Of a DNA stretch of 64,000 nt, positions 1 to 64,000 are shown in pieces. Below the pieces are notes generated by a model that saw only the letters and a list, made by a program, of their open reading frames with translations, had not been told where the DNA came from and did no database searches. Every line of letters begins with the position of its first letter. Positions within the stretch are counted from its first letter, which is position 1. The position numbers were made by a program, and so were the translations under genes. The DNA lies in the NCBI RefSeq assembly GCF_009914755.1, contig NC_060927.1, one strand, 5' to 3'. Source of the DNA: the human T2T-CHM13v2.0 reference genome, Homo sapiens.

Positions 1-535
1 AATAAATCTTCTATGTTTATTTTTGTATCCCCAACTACAGTTGTAATCATTGCCCAATTCCATAAAAGAGATGAACCATTTGTTACCATTCATTATGTTC
101 TTCACCATTTCCCTACTCTTTGACGTTTAGGTTGTTCTCTCTCTCTATCTCTCTCTCTGTCTCTCAACAATGCTACACTAGACATATATTCAGTTTATCA
201 GTGAGGGGTTGTAAACAGATGTCAAGGGTACTTTTCATCAGCAACACCATACACATGTATGATCAGTGTCTCAGATCACCACTGTGGATATCACCTCTGT
301 CAACCTGGGGTAGGCGTGAGTTACTTACTGGACTCAGCACCTCACTCACATCTTTTCCACTTGCTGTCAATCCTATTGCCAGCAACACTATCAGTCATAA
401 TTCAGATCCATAATCTTCATGGGTTGGCAACCTCCTTTCCTCCACTTCATTTTTAACTTCAGTAATAAAGCAGCAAAGTTACACATTGAAACGATAAGGC
501 ACTACCTGGAGCTGTTTCCAACCCTTTACCTCTAA

Positions 536-1045
<510 letters not shown>

Positions 1046-1165
1046 TAAATATATATCGATGCTGTTATGATTTATAGACACAAATTTATTTAACAGTTAC
1101 ACTGAAGTTTTAGTTCATTGTGTGTAGTTGATTATTGCATTTTTTAAAATGCAGCGTAGCTGGAC

Positions 1166-1383
1166 CAAGCTTGTCCAACCCACAGCCTGTGGGCCACATG
1201 CGGCCCGGGATGGCTTTGAATGTGGCCCAACACGAATTCACAAACTTTCTTAAACATTGTAATTTTTTTTTGCAACTTTTTTTAGCTCATCAGCTATCAT
1301 TAGTGTTAGTATATTTTATGTGTGGCCCAAGACAATTCTTCTTCCAATGTGGTCCACGGAAGCCAAAAGATTGGACACCCCTG
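1166..1383 (-). mobile_element. MER30 hAT-Charlie non-autonomous DNA transposon
   Basis: Ends caagcttgtccaac...ttggacacccctg and internal agctcatcagctatc match the recalled MER30 consensus. Confidence 0.85.
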
Positions 1384-1982
1384 CCCTAGATGAAAGAATG
1401 CTGGGAATCATTACTCAAAGTCTAGCATAATTTTTCAGGTTCATTAGCACCTGCAAGCCACAGGTGACTCACATTCAGGCATGTGAGCTAGACTGTAACT
1501 CTCATCTGCTAAACAGGACATGAGAGCCCTGGCCTTAGGTTCTAGCCAAAAAAGCATAACATAGTAATCTTTATTTCTGCTAAATCACAGGTCTTAATTA
1601 TGGGCACTGGGAGGATGATAAATTGGAACTCCATTGGGCAGGTCATGTATCATCTCTAACCCTGAGTTTCTTCATCTGTAAAAAGGAGATGACAATATCA
1701 CTACCAAGCACTGCAACTACTCAGGGCAGTGATGGATAGAGTCTGTGCAAAATAAATGTTAGCTTATGATCTTACTAGTGTCATTTATTATGATGATTAC
1801 TTATCCCCATATCTGACCAGCGGCCAAATCCTTCTTTATTCCCACCACAAGTTAAACTTATTAGTCATTCATTAATTCCTCGAGTATCTGGAGTATCTTC
1901 TTACCAAAGGCTATCAGATTGTAATTTCTGAAAATTCACACAGCATGACACATCCACCCAAAGGCCTTCAAGATTTTTAACT

Positions 1983-2288
1983 GGCCAGGAGCGGTGGCTC
2001 ACACCTGTAATCCCAGCACTTTCGGAGGCCAAGGCAGACGGATCACTTGAGGTCAGGGGTTCAACACAAGCCTGGCCAACATGGCAAAACCCCATTTCTA
2101 CTAAAAGTACAAAAATTAGCCAGGCACGGTCATGCACGCCTATAATCCCAGCTACTCAGGAGGCTGAGCTGAGGCAGGAGAATCGCTAAAACCTGGGAGG
2201 CGGAGGGTGCAGTGAGCCAAGATGGCCCTACTGCACTGCAGCCTGGGTGACAGAGCAAGACTCTATCTCAAAAAAAAAAAAAAAAAAA
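1983..2288 (+). mobile_element. Alu (AluS-like)
   Basis: Full dimer with A tail; TSD aagatttttaac. Confidence 0.92.
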
Positions 2289-2825
2289 GATTTTTAACCA
2301 AATAAAATTCCAGCTCCCAAATGTGAATGTCATATATCTTCTTAGTCTTATATCAAAAACTGCATTTTAGCTAAATAATGCATTTTACACAATTTGAAAG
2401 CAGTTGGTGCTTTCCCATTCCAGCACCTTTGCTCAACTCACCTCCCTCACTTGCAATGACTTCCTATCACCTACCCCAATTAAATTACTTCCAGGCCTAA
2501 CCCAAATGTCCCCTCCTCAAAAAGTCTTTCTGCATCATCAGAGAGGAATTCCTCCCTCCTTCCATAGAACTTCCATGACACTATTGAATTGCATGTGCCA
2601 TGCATTTTCTCTTATTAGGTCTGTTTTGTCTTTGCTGCTATAAGTTCTTAGGGAGTAGGGATCTTGGATACTACAGAATGCTTTGCACAGAGCAGGCTCT
2701 CAATAATATACGTAGCATAAAAATTGCAAACAGAAAGCCAATCTGGAAACACATTCACTATGCCCATGCAGCAGACAACACAACCAAAGCTCAAGCCTAA
2801 GGGAGTTCTGCCACTTCACAAATTA

Positions 2826-54260
<51,435 letters not shown>

Positions 54261-55724
54261 TTAGCATTTTGATAACATAAAATGCTATTCCACAATTTGA
54301 ATCCAGACTTAGATACAGCATATGGAAACAATTCAGCCTGCTCTGTGTGAGCCTCAGTTATCCAAAACAACCTTTTAGTTTACGTTCCTGTTTAACATTT
54401 AAAGGATTCCTAACTTGTAAATTAAAACAGAGTGCTTAATTGAAAACAAGAGAAAAAAAAAAGAAAAAAAAAAGCAACACCACATTGAATGCCAACATTT
54501 CTCTCATCCAACTTTATTAACTTGGATAAGTAATTCAAGGGAGATTGGTTTGGGAAAGCTTATTCAGAGAAAGAAATAGATTATTTGCTGTAATAAATAC
54601 AGCTGAAGAAAGAATATCATGAAAAATAAGCAACTCTAAATATTTCCTAAAGAAAATTTAGAGTATTTCACATATTGAAATATATAGATTTAGAAATATT
54701 TTTATGATAGCATAATATTTCTACATTTTCTCTGTAGGTGATATCCCAAGCAAAGTGTATATTACCTCTTCAAGAAAGGAGATTTTGGCCATGACTTTAC
54801 GTGAGGTATAATGACGTATGTGTCTTGAAAGGAAATTGATTAATATACCTATTCCGAAAGACATCTGAGGTGCTAGAATTATACTTCCCTCCTTTCTTTT
54901 TCTTTAAAGAAAACCAGTTCTATTTCATTCTGACATTTAATAACACAAGTCGTTGCACATCAGTACCCAGGGCAGAAGAGTTCACATGGATATTATTTTT
55001 CATGTAAAATATTGAGATTCAAGCTTTGCACACTGTCATCAGAGTTGGATGAAACATCTGTTTTGCCTGATGTAGAAATAATCTGTTAAAACCAGGCCCT
55101 AGAATGGAAGGACGCTCATACCAGTAACTCTTTGGCACATGTTCCTTTCTTACTGCAAATCACAAACACTGAGCATCCACCACATGTGAGATGAGATGAA
55201 TGAAAACGTGAAGGTGAATAAGGCAGGCCCCTGTGATTAAGGAGCACCTGATATGGGTGAGGAAAATGAGGCATCTAACCCAAAGTTCACCCCTGGCCTC
55301 CTCCAAGGTCTTAGGCTTCTTGAGAATGAAATTTGCCCAGGGGAAGACACTTAGCTGGGTCTCTCCTGCAGGTGCTATCAAAAAGCTAAGTGGCTATATG
55401 GGAAATGCTAAGAAAGTCTCAGGCAAACTTACACAGCCCTTATTATAACTCAATGAGTCTCGAAAACCTATACTTTTATGTCTGGGAGAAAGAGACTGTG
55501 TTTGGAAATTCAAAAATGGGAGCGAAGGAGGGAGGTTCTGGTTTGGCCAGACATATAAAATTCATATATCTAAGTTCCCTGGAACTATGTAATCAATCAT
55601 GTTTCTTTCTCTATGTTGCCTGTAAGAAAGCTTGGAGCCAAATTTGTGGCCTACTATATAGCCAAGTATAGGACTATCTCTTCCCTTCAACTTTCCCTCC
55701 CACTTCTAATTTATATCATAATAG

Positions 55725-55990
55725 TTAATAGTTACTAATGTTTAGAATGCACCTCGCTGGTGATAATTGTTTACATACATTGTCTCATTTGTCATTAATA
55801 ATAAATCTGTGAGGGCTTGTTTTTTCTATTTTGAGCATGACAGGAGTTTGCCATCCCCTCTTTATAGATAAGGAAACTGAGGCAAAGAAAGACTAAGTAA
55901 CTTGACCAATATTTTAAACAATCTGTCAAGGTCACACAGCTGGTAAGTGGTGAAGAAGGGACTGGAATTCAGGTTTCTCTAACCCAAAAG
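55725..55990. mobile_element. MIR remnant (similar remnants near 52400, 56950, 58150, 60300 and 63850)
   Basis: agataaggaaactgaggcaaaga...aagtaacttg...aaggtcacacagct MIR core. Confidence 0.7.
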
Positions 55991-58383
55991 TTGATATTCT
56001 CAACCACGACCTTTATCTTGCTCTCTATTCTTTGTAGATATGTAAGTGCTTTGGAATAGATGGAACAGTTAATATAAATAAGTACCCTGGGGCAAGTCCA
56101 TGTAAGAGCAAACCCTAACAGGAAGAATTGGAAATAATCTCCTGCAACTCGGTTACCACAGGATGAAGCCATTTAAATTCCCAGGGTCTTTGTTTCCTCT
56201 CTATAAATTGAGGAGGTTGAGCCATTTCATCTCTAGAGTTCTTTTAACACGAAAACCCTAACTGTAGATAAGAGATGCCATAAAAGTATTCAGCCTCCCT
56301 TATAATTTAATTACTTTAACCCTTTTCCTATCCCAAGAGATTAATCAGAGTAGTTTTGCATTTGGGTAAGAGAAGCAGGTAGCAGAATGTTTTCTAACCT
56401 GGATAACTTAATTAAGATCTATTCAGCCTCCATTGAGGAGCCATTGCCCTTGGTCAAAATCAAAATATGTATGTCCTTTCCTCTTCATTCAACAAACACT
56501 TAACAATGTGTCAGATTTTACTTTATTTAAAATACAAGGTAATGAAAAATTTAGAGGAAAAGAGACAAGGAAAAACAGATAAGAAATTACATCATATCAT
56601 TGCAGCTTGTTAATTTTTAAAGACTTCAGATATTTTTTATTGATTAAACAGACTTATTAACTTTGCCAACTTTCTTAACATAGTGAAGAAAAACAAAGGT
56701 TACTCCAAATAACCTTCCTTTTGAACTATGTGCTGATCTTAAAAATGCCTGTTAATTTTAAGAAATACAAAGACTACAGTAATCTACACAGTGTTACAGA
56801 GCCAATGCACCAAGCTGAAATAAATATCTGACTTCAGATAGAGAAAAAAGAAGCATATTCACTTATGAAAAACTTGAAGAGTGAGACATGAAACAAAGAA
56901 AACATCTTATCATTTATCAAGTGTTTATTACATGCTAAACACAATTTTAGCACAGTTATGTTATTTAATACTCACAATGACCCTACCTGGTAGGTATGAT
57001 TATTCTGAGAGATTGAGTTAAACAATCGTCCAAGGTCACTCAACTTGTGTCAGTGTTGAGTTTATAAAGCAGATTTTGTCTGGCTCTAAAATCTTATGGA
57101 GTTGGTTACAGAGGCCCATAATTACTTTTATTTTATGGGCTTGAATGTCTATAAATCTAAATTCATCTTTTATATGAAGTTTAAGTCCTGTGACAAGACA
57201 TGTCCTCTACTTTAGTCACCATACCTTGGAAGGGATCATACTAATCCCACAGTCACCTCAATTATGAAAACAACATATCTCAACAGCTTCCTGAGTTTCT
57301 TCTTAGCCTTTTACTTTTATGGTTTATAATATTTTATAAGATCATGTGGAACTTCAATGGACCCAATGCATTTGCAGACTTGTTCATGCTTTTGTAAAGA
57401 CTTTACTATTTAATAATAGACAATGAAAGAAGTGATTTGTCTATCTCTACCTTTACTTATGTCCATGGGCATTGTGTGCTGACTTTTCATCCAACCATTG
57501 TATTGTTGGTTTCATTCTTGAATATCAAGCTGCAAAACCATCTACGCTCCTATGTTGTCAAATCTTCATTTATCAGTCAATGTTTTCTTTCATCTAAAAT
57601 AATCTATAATAGGGGGTGAGCAGCTGCCACAGGCACAGCCTATATTAGCCAGCAATGGGATAAGGGCTTCAGTGTTTACACTTGAGATAATGCAATTGAT
57701 TTTGTTACCTCCTTATAAAATTATACTGCAAGATCATTATCTCTTTCAGTACCAAGAAGAGATGGTGCCCATGGAGAGATAAGAGCAGCTGTGTTTTATT
57801 TCTGTTTGCATTTGTATCTGGAAAGCAAATAAGGGTTTTTTTATTCTCGTTTTGAATTATAGAACTGAAAATCTTTGCAGGGAAGATTTAATGACCTCCA
57901 GTTATTCAGTGATGAAATCAGATAATTTTCTATTCTTGATTTTCAACAAGATTGGGAAGTAGAACATCAAAGAGAAGCAGATACTTTCCTTTTCAGATAA
58001 CAAATAGATAAACATTGCCTTAGCCAAAATACAATAATAATATCAACTATAATTATTGATATTAACATAAATATGAACATTAGCCAGTATTTGCTAAATA
58101 TGTACTACATGCCAGGTTTTGTACAAAGTGATTAATATCATGATCTCATTTAATCTTCACAATAACTTTAGGAGCTGGGTCCCATTGTTACTAGCATTTT
58201 TAATGAGTAGCTTAGAGAAGGTAGAAACTTGGCAGGGCCACACAGCTGGGAAGTGATGAAGCTGGTGATCAATTTGATCTGACCTCAAAGCCCAGCTACT
58301 TGCCAATCCAGAGGTGGGACTGGGGTGGGAGGAAAGATGGGCACTGGGAGACTTTTACAATTTTCTTCATATACTCTTAAAAC

Positions 58384-58540
58384 TTTTTTTTAAAGTCAGG
58401 GTCTTGCTCTCTTGCCCAGGCTGCAGTACAGTGGTATGATCATAGCTCAATGCCGCCTTGAACTCCTGAGCTCAAGTGACCTGCCTGCCTCAGCCTCCAG
58501 AGTAACTAAGACTGTAGGCATGTGCCACTACGCATGGCTA
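58384..58540 (-). mobile_element. Alu right-monomer fragment (FRAM/AluJ-like)
   Basis: cagggtcttgctct...gccactacgcatggcta. Confidence 0.75.
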
Positions 58541-61500
58541 AAAAGTAAAACAATTTTTAAAATAAAAACAACCCACATTCACTCTATGAACATAGTTACG
58601 ATTTACTTATTGCTCCCTTTCTAACATAATATGCAAAAATTCATTTTTTTCTAGCTGCTATTGTACTTAACTGAGATAAATAAATGCAATGGATTCCTAA
58701 GCCAAAAATTATATCATAATGTATGAACGTAAAAAAAAATTATGATTAGATAGTTTAAACCCAAACTGAGTTATGGGGATATCTTGTTTTCCCATTTTTT
58801 CATGATGATGAAATAAATTAAAGGATCCATAATATATAACCTATGAAAACACATCATACAGCAACTCTATATCTGGAACTGACTTGATGCTCTCTGAGAT
58901 ATAAAAATTATAAATGTGGATTCAAGTACTAAACTCAATCTTTAGTAATATAATACGACTTGGATAAATATTTTTTGAGTTTAGCTGACTTTGAATAAAG
59001 TAAATGATATTAACATATTTTACATTCCAGACTATATATTTTGAGAAAATACATTTTAAATATCCTCTGATGTTTACTTGGATCTTTGACTTTTTTTTTA
59101 AAAGGAACATTGCTTCTGCAAATATTAATGGAAGGTGATTATGTACCTTGGACAGAAAATGAGATGTCAATGGTATAAGGGAAAGATCAAATGACCTAGA
59201 ATTGTTCTATCCTTACTATGAGTGTAACCTGGGCAACTACCAGCCCCAGGGTTGCAGTGTCCCTCTGTGAAATGTTCCACTCATGCTTCCTCCCTTGGGA
59301 AGCTGTGAGGAGCAAATGTGATCATGGATACTCATCTACAGGCAAAAATCATCTTGGTTGCTAGTGTCATCTTTAATTCTATTAAAAGCTGACCCCTGAA
59401 AAAATAATCTTAGGAGAGTTTATCCTGCTTTTCATCTCTTATTTAGCTCCCAAAACTAACATACCATCTTGCAACTGTCTTTCTGGCTGGGCTACTCTAA
59501 GAATGGGTCTCTGTCATTCAACCAGTCCTGAAATTTCTGGACTGTACTACACTAAGTATAAGAGAAACCAGTAAGCCTTCCTCTGCAAAAACAATCATGG
59601 AAGGCATTAGCCAGTCAGACCCAGCTAATGCTTCCTTTTCCCTGCATGTCTTCCTGGCCTCATCCAACCTGCTCTCCCTGGCTGGTTATGCAATCCTTCC
59701 TTGGCATCCCCATAGCGCTCTCCACTTTTCTCACAACAGTGGCTCCTGCTCCCTTTGAGGTCCGGCATCCTTTGCAACTTTGATGAAATCTATGAACCCA
59801 CAACCCCAGAAAAAAATGAGCACGGGCTCACACACAGCATTTTGCATATATTTTCATAGGTTCATGGTTGCACTCTCAAGACCTTTAAGTGAAGAAGCAC
59901 GTCCACTGAGCCGCAATCATGTGCTGATGCACTGACACATCTGTCTTCCCACTAGACAGGGACACTCTTTGGGGAGGAGGGTTAGAGTCATGGGCATTCA
60001 CCACAGACACCCAGCCGAGCACCCACTCAATACGTTTGTTGATTAAGTGACATAATCAATGAGCTGTCCATAGAGAAAGCTGTCAGCTCCAGGTTATTCA
60101 GTAAATGACACAAAGAGATATTATTTTCCCTCGCATACCACAGACACACTCAGATGTAGAAGCCTTCTGGTTGAAAAGCCCCTGAGAGGCGTGTAACATG
60201 TTAGAAACAGATTGGCTGCCAACGCAATCACAGCTAACACAGCAAACTGCTAGTGAAGCTTCCTGTGTGCCAGGCTTTTGCTGAGGGCTTTTCATGCATC
60301 ATGTCAAATGATCCTCACAGCAACTTCATGAGGAGTACTGTCATCATTCCCACTTTGCAGACAGTCTGACAGAGGTGAAGAGTCAGAAAGTCAGTAAGTC
60401 AGCTCTCAGCCTGGCTCTGGCTGACCCAAAAGCCATGCACCTGCTCCTCTTCTGCCTTCCACCTGTGCCCGTGCCAAGAAAAGGAGATTCCAAGACATGG
60501 AATCACCCAGCCGCCTTTCCTGCCCATAACCTGTGAGTCCAGCTTGCTATTATGTCTATGGTTCTAAGAGTCAGAAGTCTGACTCCCAAACACAGCCCTT
60601 CCACTGAGCTCCACATCTAGTCTGATCTCAGGGAGCCCAGAGCCCAGCAATCTTCCACTTACTTATCCTTCTCTCCTGGTTTTATATCACACCCTCCACG
60701 TGGCCTAATGCTGACGCTGCTTTTATCCCTGAGATATACAGACTGGTGCTAAATACTTTGGACTCACTGTGCCCACAGAATAGAAGTTGAACTCACGTTC
60801 TCTTTTTTTCCCCTAGCTAAAAACAAAGAAACAAACAAAAACACATCTATAATGACATAAAGCAAAATGGTTACATAGCTCTTAAAATTTCCACAATTTC
60901 TGCCATTAGCTAATCTCAACTAGTAAGTATGTCATTAGGATACTTCTGATAATGATCTATCCCAGCCATTTTTAATAATAACCCAAGAAAACCAAGGCAG
61001 CTTTATGCCATGGAGGCAATAAGAAATCCCATAAGACATCATGGTTTCCAGAAAGGACAACCTTGTAGACAGCTGTTTCACTATCCAATACTGAATTAGG
61101 ATATAACTCACACGTTTTGGGGCATTAAAAGCATTTCTTGATTCTCATGACTTTTCCTAAATTCTTTGACCTCTTTGGACGACCTTTTAAAAACATCCTC
61201 GGCATTTGTTCTCTGGCATGAGCTTTCTAATTTCCTTTAATATATCCTAGAGTTAAATATTTCCCTCTTTGCAGTGGTGTCAGCTTCTAGCTCATCTCAG
61301 TCATATCTTTGAATTCAAACTTTGCTTCCAGAGTCAAATACAAATGTTAAAGGAAATTGACATCTATTTCAAATGTTGATGGTTAAGAAAATATGATCTG
61401 TCATTTCCTGAGTGCCTGTACTGAAAGGCACGTTACAGGTATTACTTCCAATCCTCACAACAATCTCACTGGGGCCATGGGAGCTTACTGAGGCTGCACA

Positions 61501-61864
61501 GTTGTGAGTGGTGGGACTGGTCCCTGTATGCAGGCCTCCAGATGGGCTGGGTCCATCTGCATCCCTGGCCTCTGCTCAGTAAAGATCCCCAGTCACAACT
61601 GCTCTCACTTCTTCTCCTAATGCCACCAACAATCTCAGCCTCCTTCTGGGCAAGAGCAGGGCTTTGGCACAGCCTCCATGGCATGCAGCACAGCACGTGG
61701 GCTCCACTGACCTCCAACCAGACCCTCAGAGGCACTGGCACATCCAGATGTTTTTGGATTCAGTTGAAGTGCTGCACCAGGGACGTGTTCTCTTGCTTCC
61801 TCAGGAGTTGTACATCAGGGGGGTAAGAGGAGTACAGGGAAGCAAGTCACACAGCGTGTGATAC

Positions 61865-63416
61865 TGAGAGGTGACAACGTGCTAGCAGTCCTCACTCGCT
61901 CTTGGCACCTCCTCAGGCCATGGCGTCCACGCTGGCTGCGCTTGAGGAGCCCTTCAGCCCACCGCTGCACTGTGGGAGCCCCTCTCTGGGCTGGCGGAGG
62001 CCAGAGCCAACTCCTTCTGCTTGCAGGGAGGTGTGGAGGGAGAGACGCCAGTGGGAACCAGGCTGCCTGCTGCACTCACAGGCCAGCGCGAGTTCTGGGT
62101 GGGCGTGGGCTCGGCAAGTCCCGCACTCAGAGCGGCTGGCGCCACCGGCCCCGGGCAGTGAGGGGCTTAGCACCGGGCAAGCAGTTGCGGAGGGTACGCC
62201 GGGTCCCCCAGCACTGCCGGCCCGCCCCACTGCGCTTGAATTCTCACTGGGCCTCAGCCGCCTCCCCGCGGGGCAGAGCTTGGGACCTGCAGCCTGCCAT
62301 GCCCGAGCCCCTCCCCTCCGCGGGCTCCCGCACAGCCGGAGCCTCCACGGGCACCACCCCCTGCTCCACAGCACCTGGTACCATTGACTGCCCAAGAGCT
62401 GAGGAGTGCAGGCTCGCAGCGCGGGACTGGCGGGCAGCTCAGCCTGCAGCCTGGGCACGGGATCCACTAGGCAAAGCCAGCTGGGCTCCTAAGTTGGGTG
62501 GTGACTTGGAGAACATTTATGTCTAGCTGGAGGATCCTATATGCACCAATCAGCACTCTGTGTCTAGCTAAAGGTTTGTAAACGCACCAATCAGTGCTCT
62601 GTGTCCAGCTAATCTGGTGGGGACTTGGAGAACTTTTATGTCCAGCTGGAGGATTGTAAATACAACAATCAGCACTCTGTGTCTAGCTCAAGGTCTGTAA
62701 ACACACCAATCAGCACCCTGTGTCTAGCTCAAGGTTTGTAAATACACCAGTCAGTGCTCTGTGTCTAGCTAATCTAGTGGGGACTTGGAGAACCTTTATG
62801 TCTAGCTAAAGGATTGAAAATACACCAATCAGCACTCTGTGTCTAGCTCAAGGTTTGTAAATGCACCAATCAGCACCCTGTCAAAATGGACCAATCAGTT
62901 CTCTGTAAAATGGACCAATCAGCTCTCTGTAAAATGGACGAATCAGCAGAATGTGGGTGGGCCCAGATAAGGCAATAAAAGCAGGCTGCCCAAGACAGCA
63001 CTGGCAACCAGCTGGGGCCCCCTTCAATACGGTGGAAGGTTTGTTCTTTTGCTCTTTGCAATAAATCTTGCTGCTGCTGTTTAGGCTTTGGGTCTGCACT
63101 GCTTTTATTAGCTGTAACACTCATGGCAAAGGTCTGCAGTTTTACTTCTCAGGCCAGCAAGACCACGAACCCACCCGGAGAAATGAACAACTCCAGACGC
63201 GCCACTTTAAGAGCTGTGGCACTCAAGGAGCAGGTCTGCAGCTTCACTCCTGAGGCCAGCGAGACCACGAACCCACCAGAAGGAAGAAACTCCAAGCACA
63301 TCAGAAGGAACAAACTCCGGACACACCATCTTTAAGAACTGTAACACTTACCACAAGGGTCTGCGGCTTCATTCGTGAAGTCAGTGCAGACCAAGAACCC
63401 ACCAATTTCAGACACA
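61865..63416 (+). mobile_element. Solo LTR12 (ERV9) LTR, antisense to PLD1 in intron 1
   Basis: TGAGAGGTGAC...GACACA ends, 4-bp TSD atac (61861-64, 63417-20), GC-rich U3 and a CCAATCAGCA tandem array. Confidence 0.95.
62500..63000 (+). promoter_or_regulatory. LTR12 enhancer/promoter: CCAAT (NF-Y) array, GATA site and TATA-like box
   Basis: Seven intact CCAAT (62546, 62587, 62706, 62825, 62866, 62891, 62915), AGATAA 62965-70, AATAAAA 62974-80; activity not shown. Confidence 0.7.
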
Positions 63417-64000
63417 ATACTAGGGCAGGTTAAGTTGCTGGCAGATGCATGCCTCTCCCCTCTCCTTTTGGCCTTGGCTGTGCTGAGCACACTGATACAA
63501 AACAGTCGATCTGGATGATGTTCTATGTGATGGAGCAACTGGCTGCTTTTTGTGGGAAGCTATGGCCAGCCAGGAAATGACTGCTTTGCCTTCTTCCCTG
63601 CCTCTCTTCTCTTCCTCTCTTTTTTTTTTTTTTCTCCTCTAGAATTATAACTACTCCCATTCAACCCTACTATGCAACCTTAGAGGCTCTATACAGGAAA
63701 CTTGAGCTAGGATAGTGTTAGAACCAGGATTCCAAAGCCCATGTTTTGTTCATTGTTTTTTTCTGAACCATCCTGGCTCCTGCAGAAATTCATTTATGCT
63801 GAATTTAACAGTAATTTTTAAAAAGCAGACTTGCATCATGTTTACTATGTACCAGGCAGTGATCCAGGTGGTTTGCATGCATTAACTCAATCTGTCCTTA
63901 CAACAGACCTATGAAGTAACTGCTGTTCTTAGCCCCTTTTAAGCAAGGAAACTGAAGGCACAGACAGGTAAGTGACTGTAAGGGTCACCCAACAATCTGA

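Noticed and set aside
61815-62526. Overlapping 222, 184 and 161 aa ORFs
   Set aside because: They lie in the GC-rich U3 of LTR12, which is stop-poor in several frames on both strands; no recognisable domain
62500-62945. Regularly spaced repeats resembling a CRISPR array
   Set aside because: Both repeat and inter-repeat sequences recur; this is the known LTR12 enhancer array in a eukaryotic intron

Overview
Human-like (primate) genomic DNA containing the 5' two-thirds of the PLD1 (phospholipase D1) gene on the minus strand. Fifteen coding exons (numbered 2-16 from my recollection of the canonical transcript; non-coding exon 1 lies beyond the right edge) splice at GT-AG junctions into one open frame of 1867 nt. 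It runs from the ATG at 54200 through the PX and PH domains, the first HKD catalytic motif and the PLD1-specific loop, including the 114-nt PLD1a/b cassette exon. The introns are rich in repeats: about 18 Alus, several L1 fragments (two with 5' inversions), MER1B/MER20/MER30/MER58 DNA transposons, a half MADE1, MaLR/ERVL LTRs, a U13 snoRNA retrocopy and a full solo LTR12 (ERV9) antisense in intron 1. Almost all ORF-track entries are exon read-through or repeat artefacts. I see no convincing new multi-gene system. The best unexplained signals are a diverged ~200-bp direct repeat bracketing the HKD exon, a perfect 20-bp palindrome forming a consensus ER6 nuclear-receptor element, a pre-miRNA-sized 24-bp hairpin, and candidate splicing elements around loop exons 15-16. 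Repeat family names come from recall of consensus sequences, not a search.
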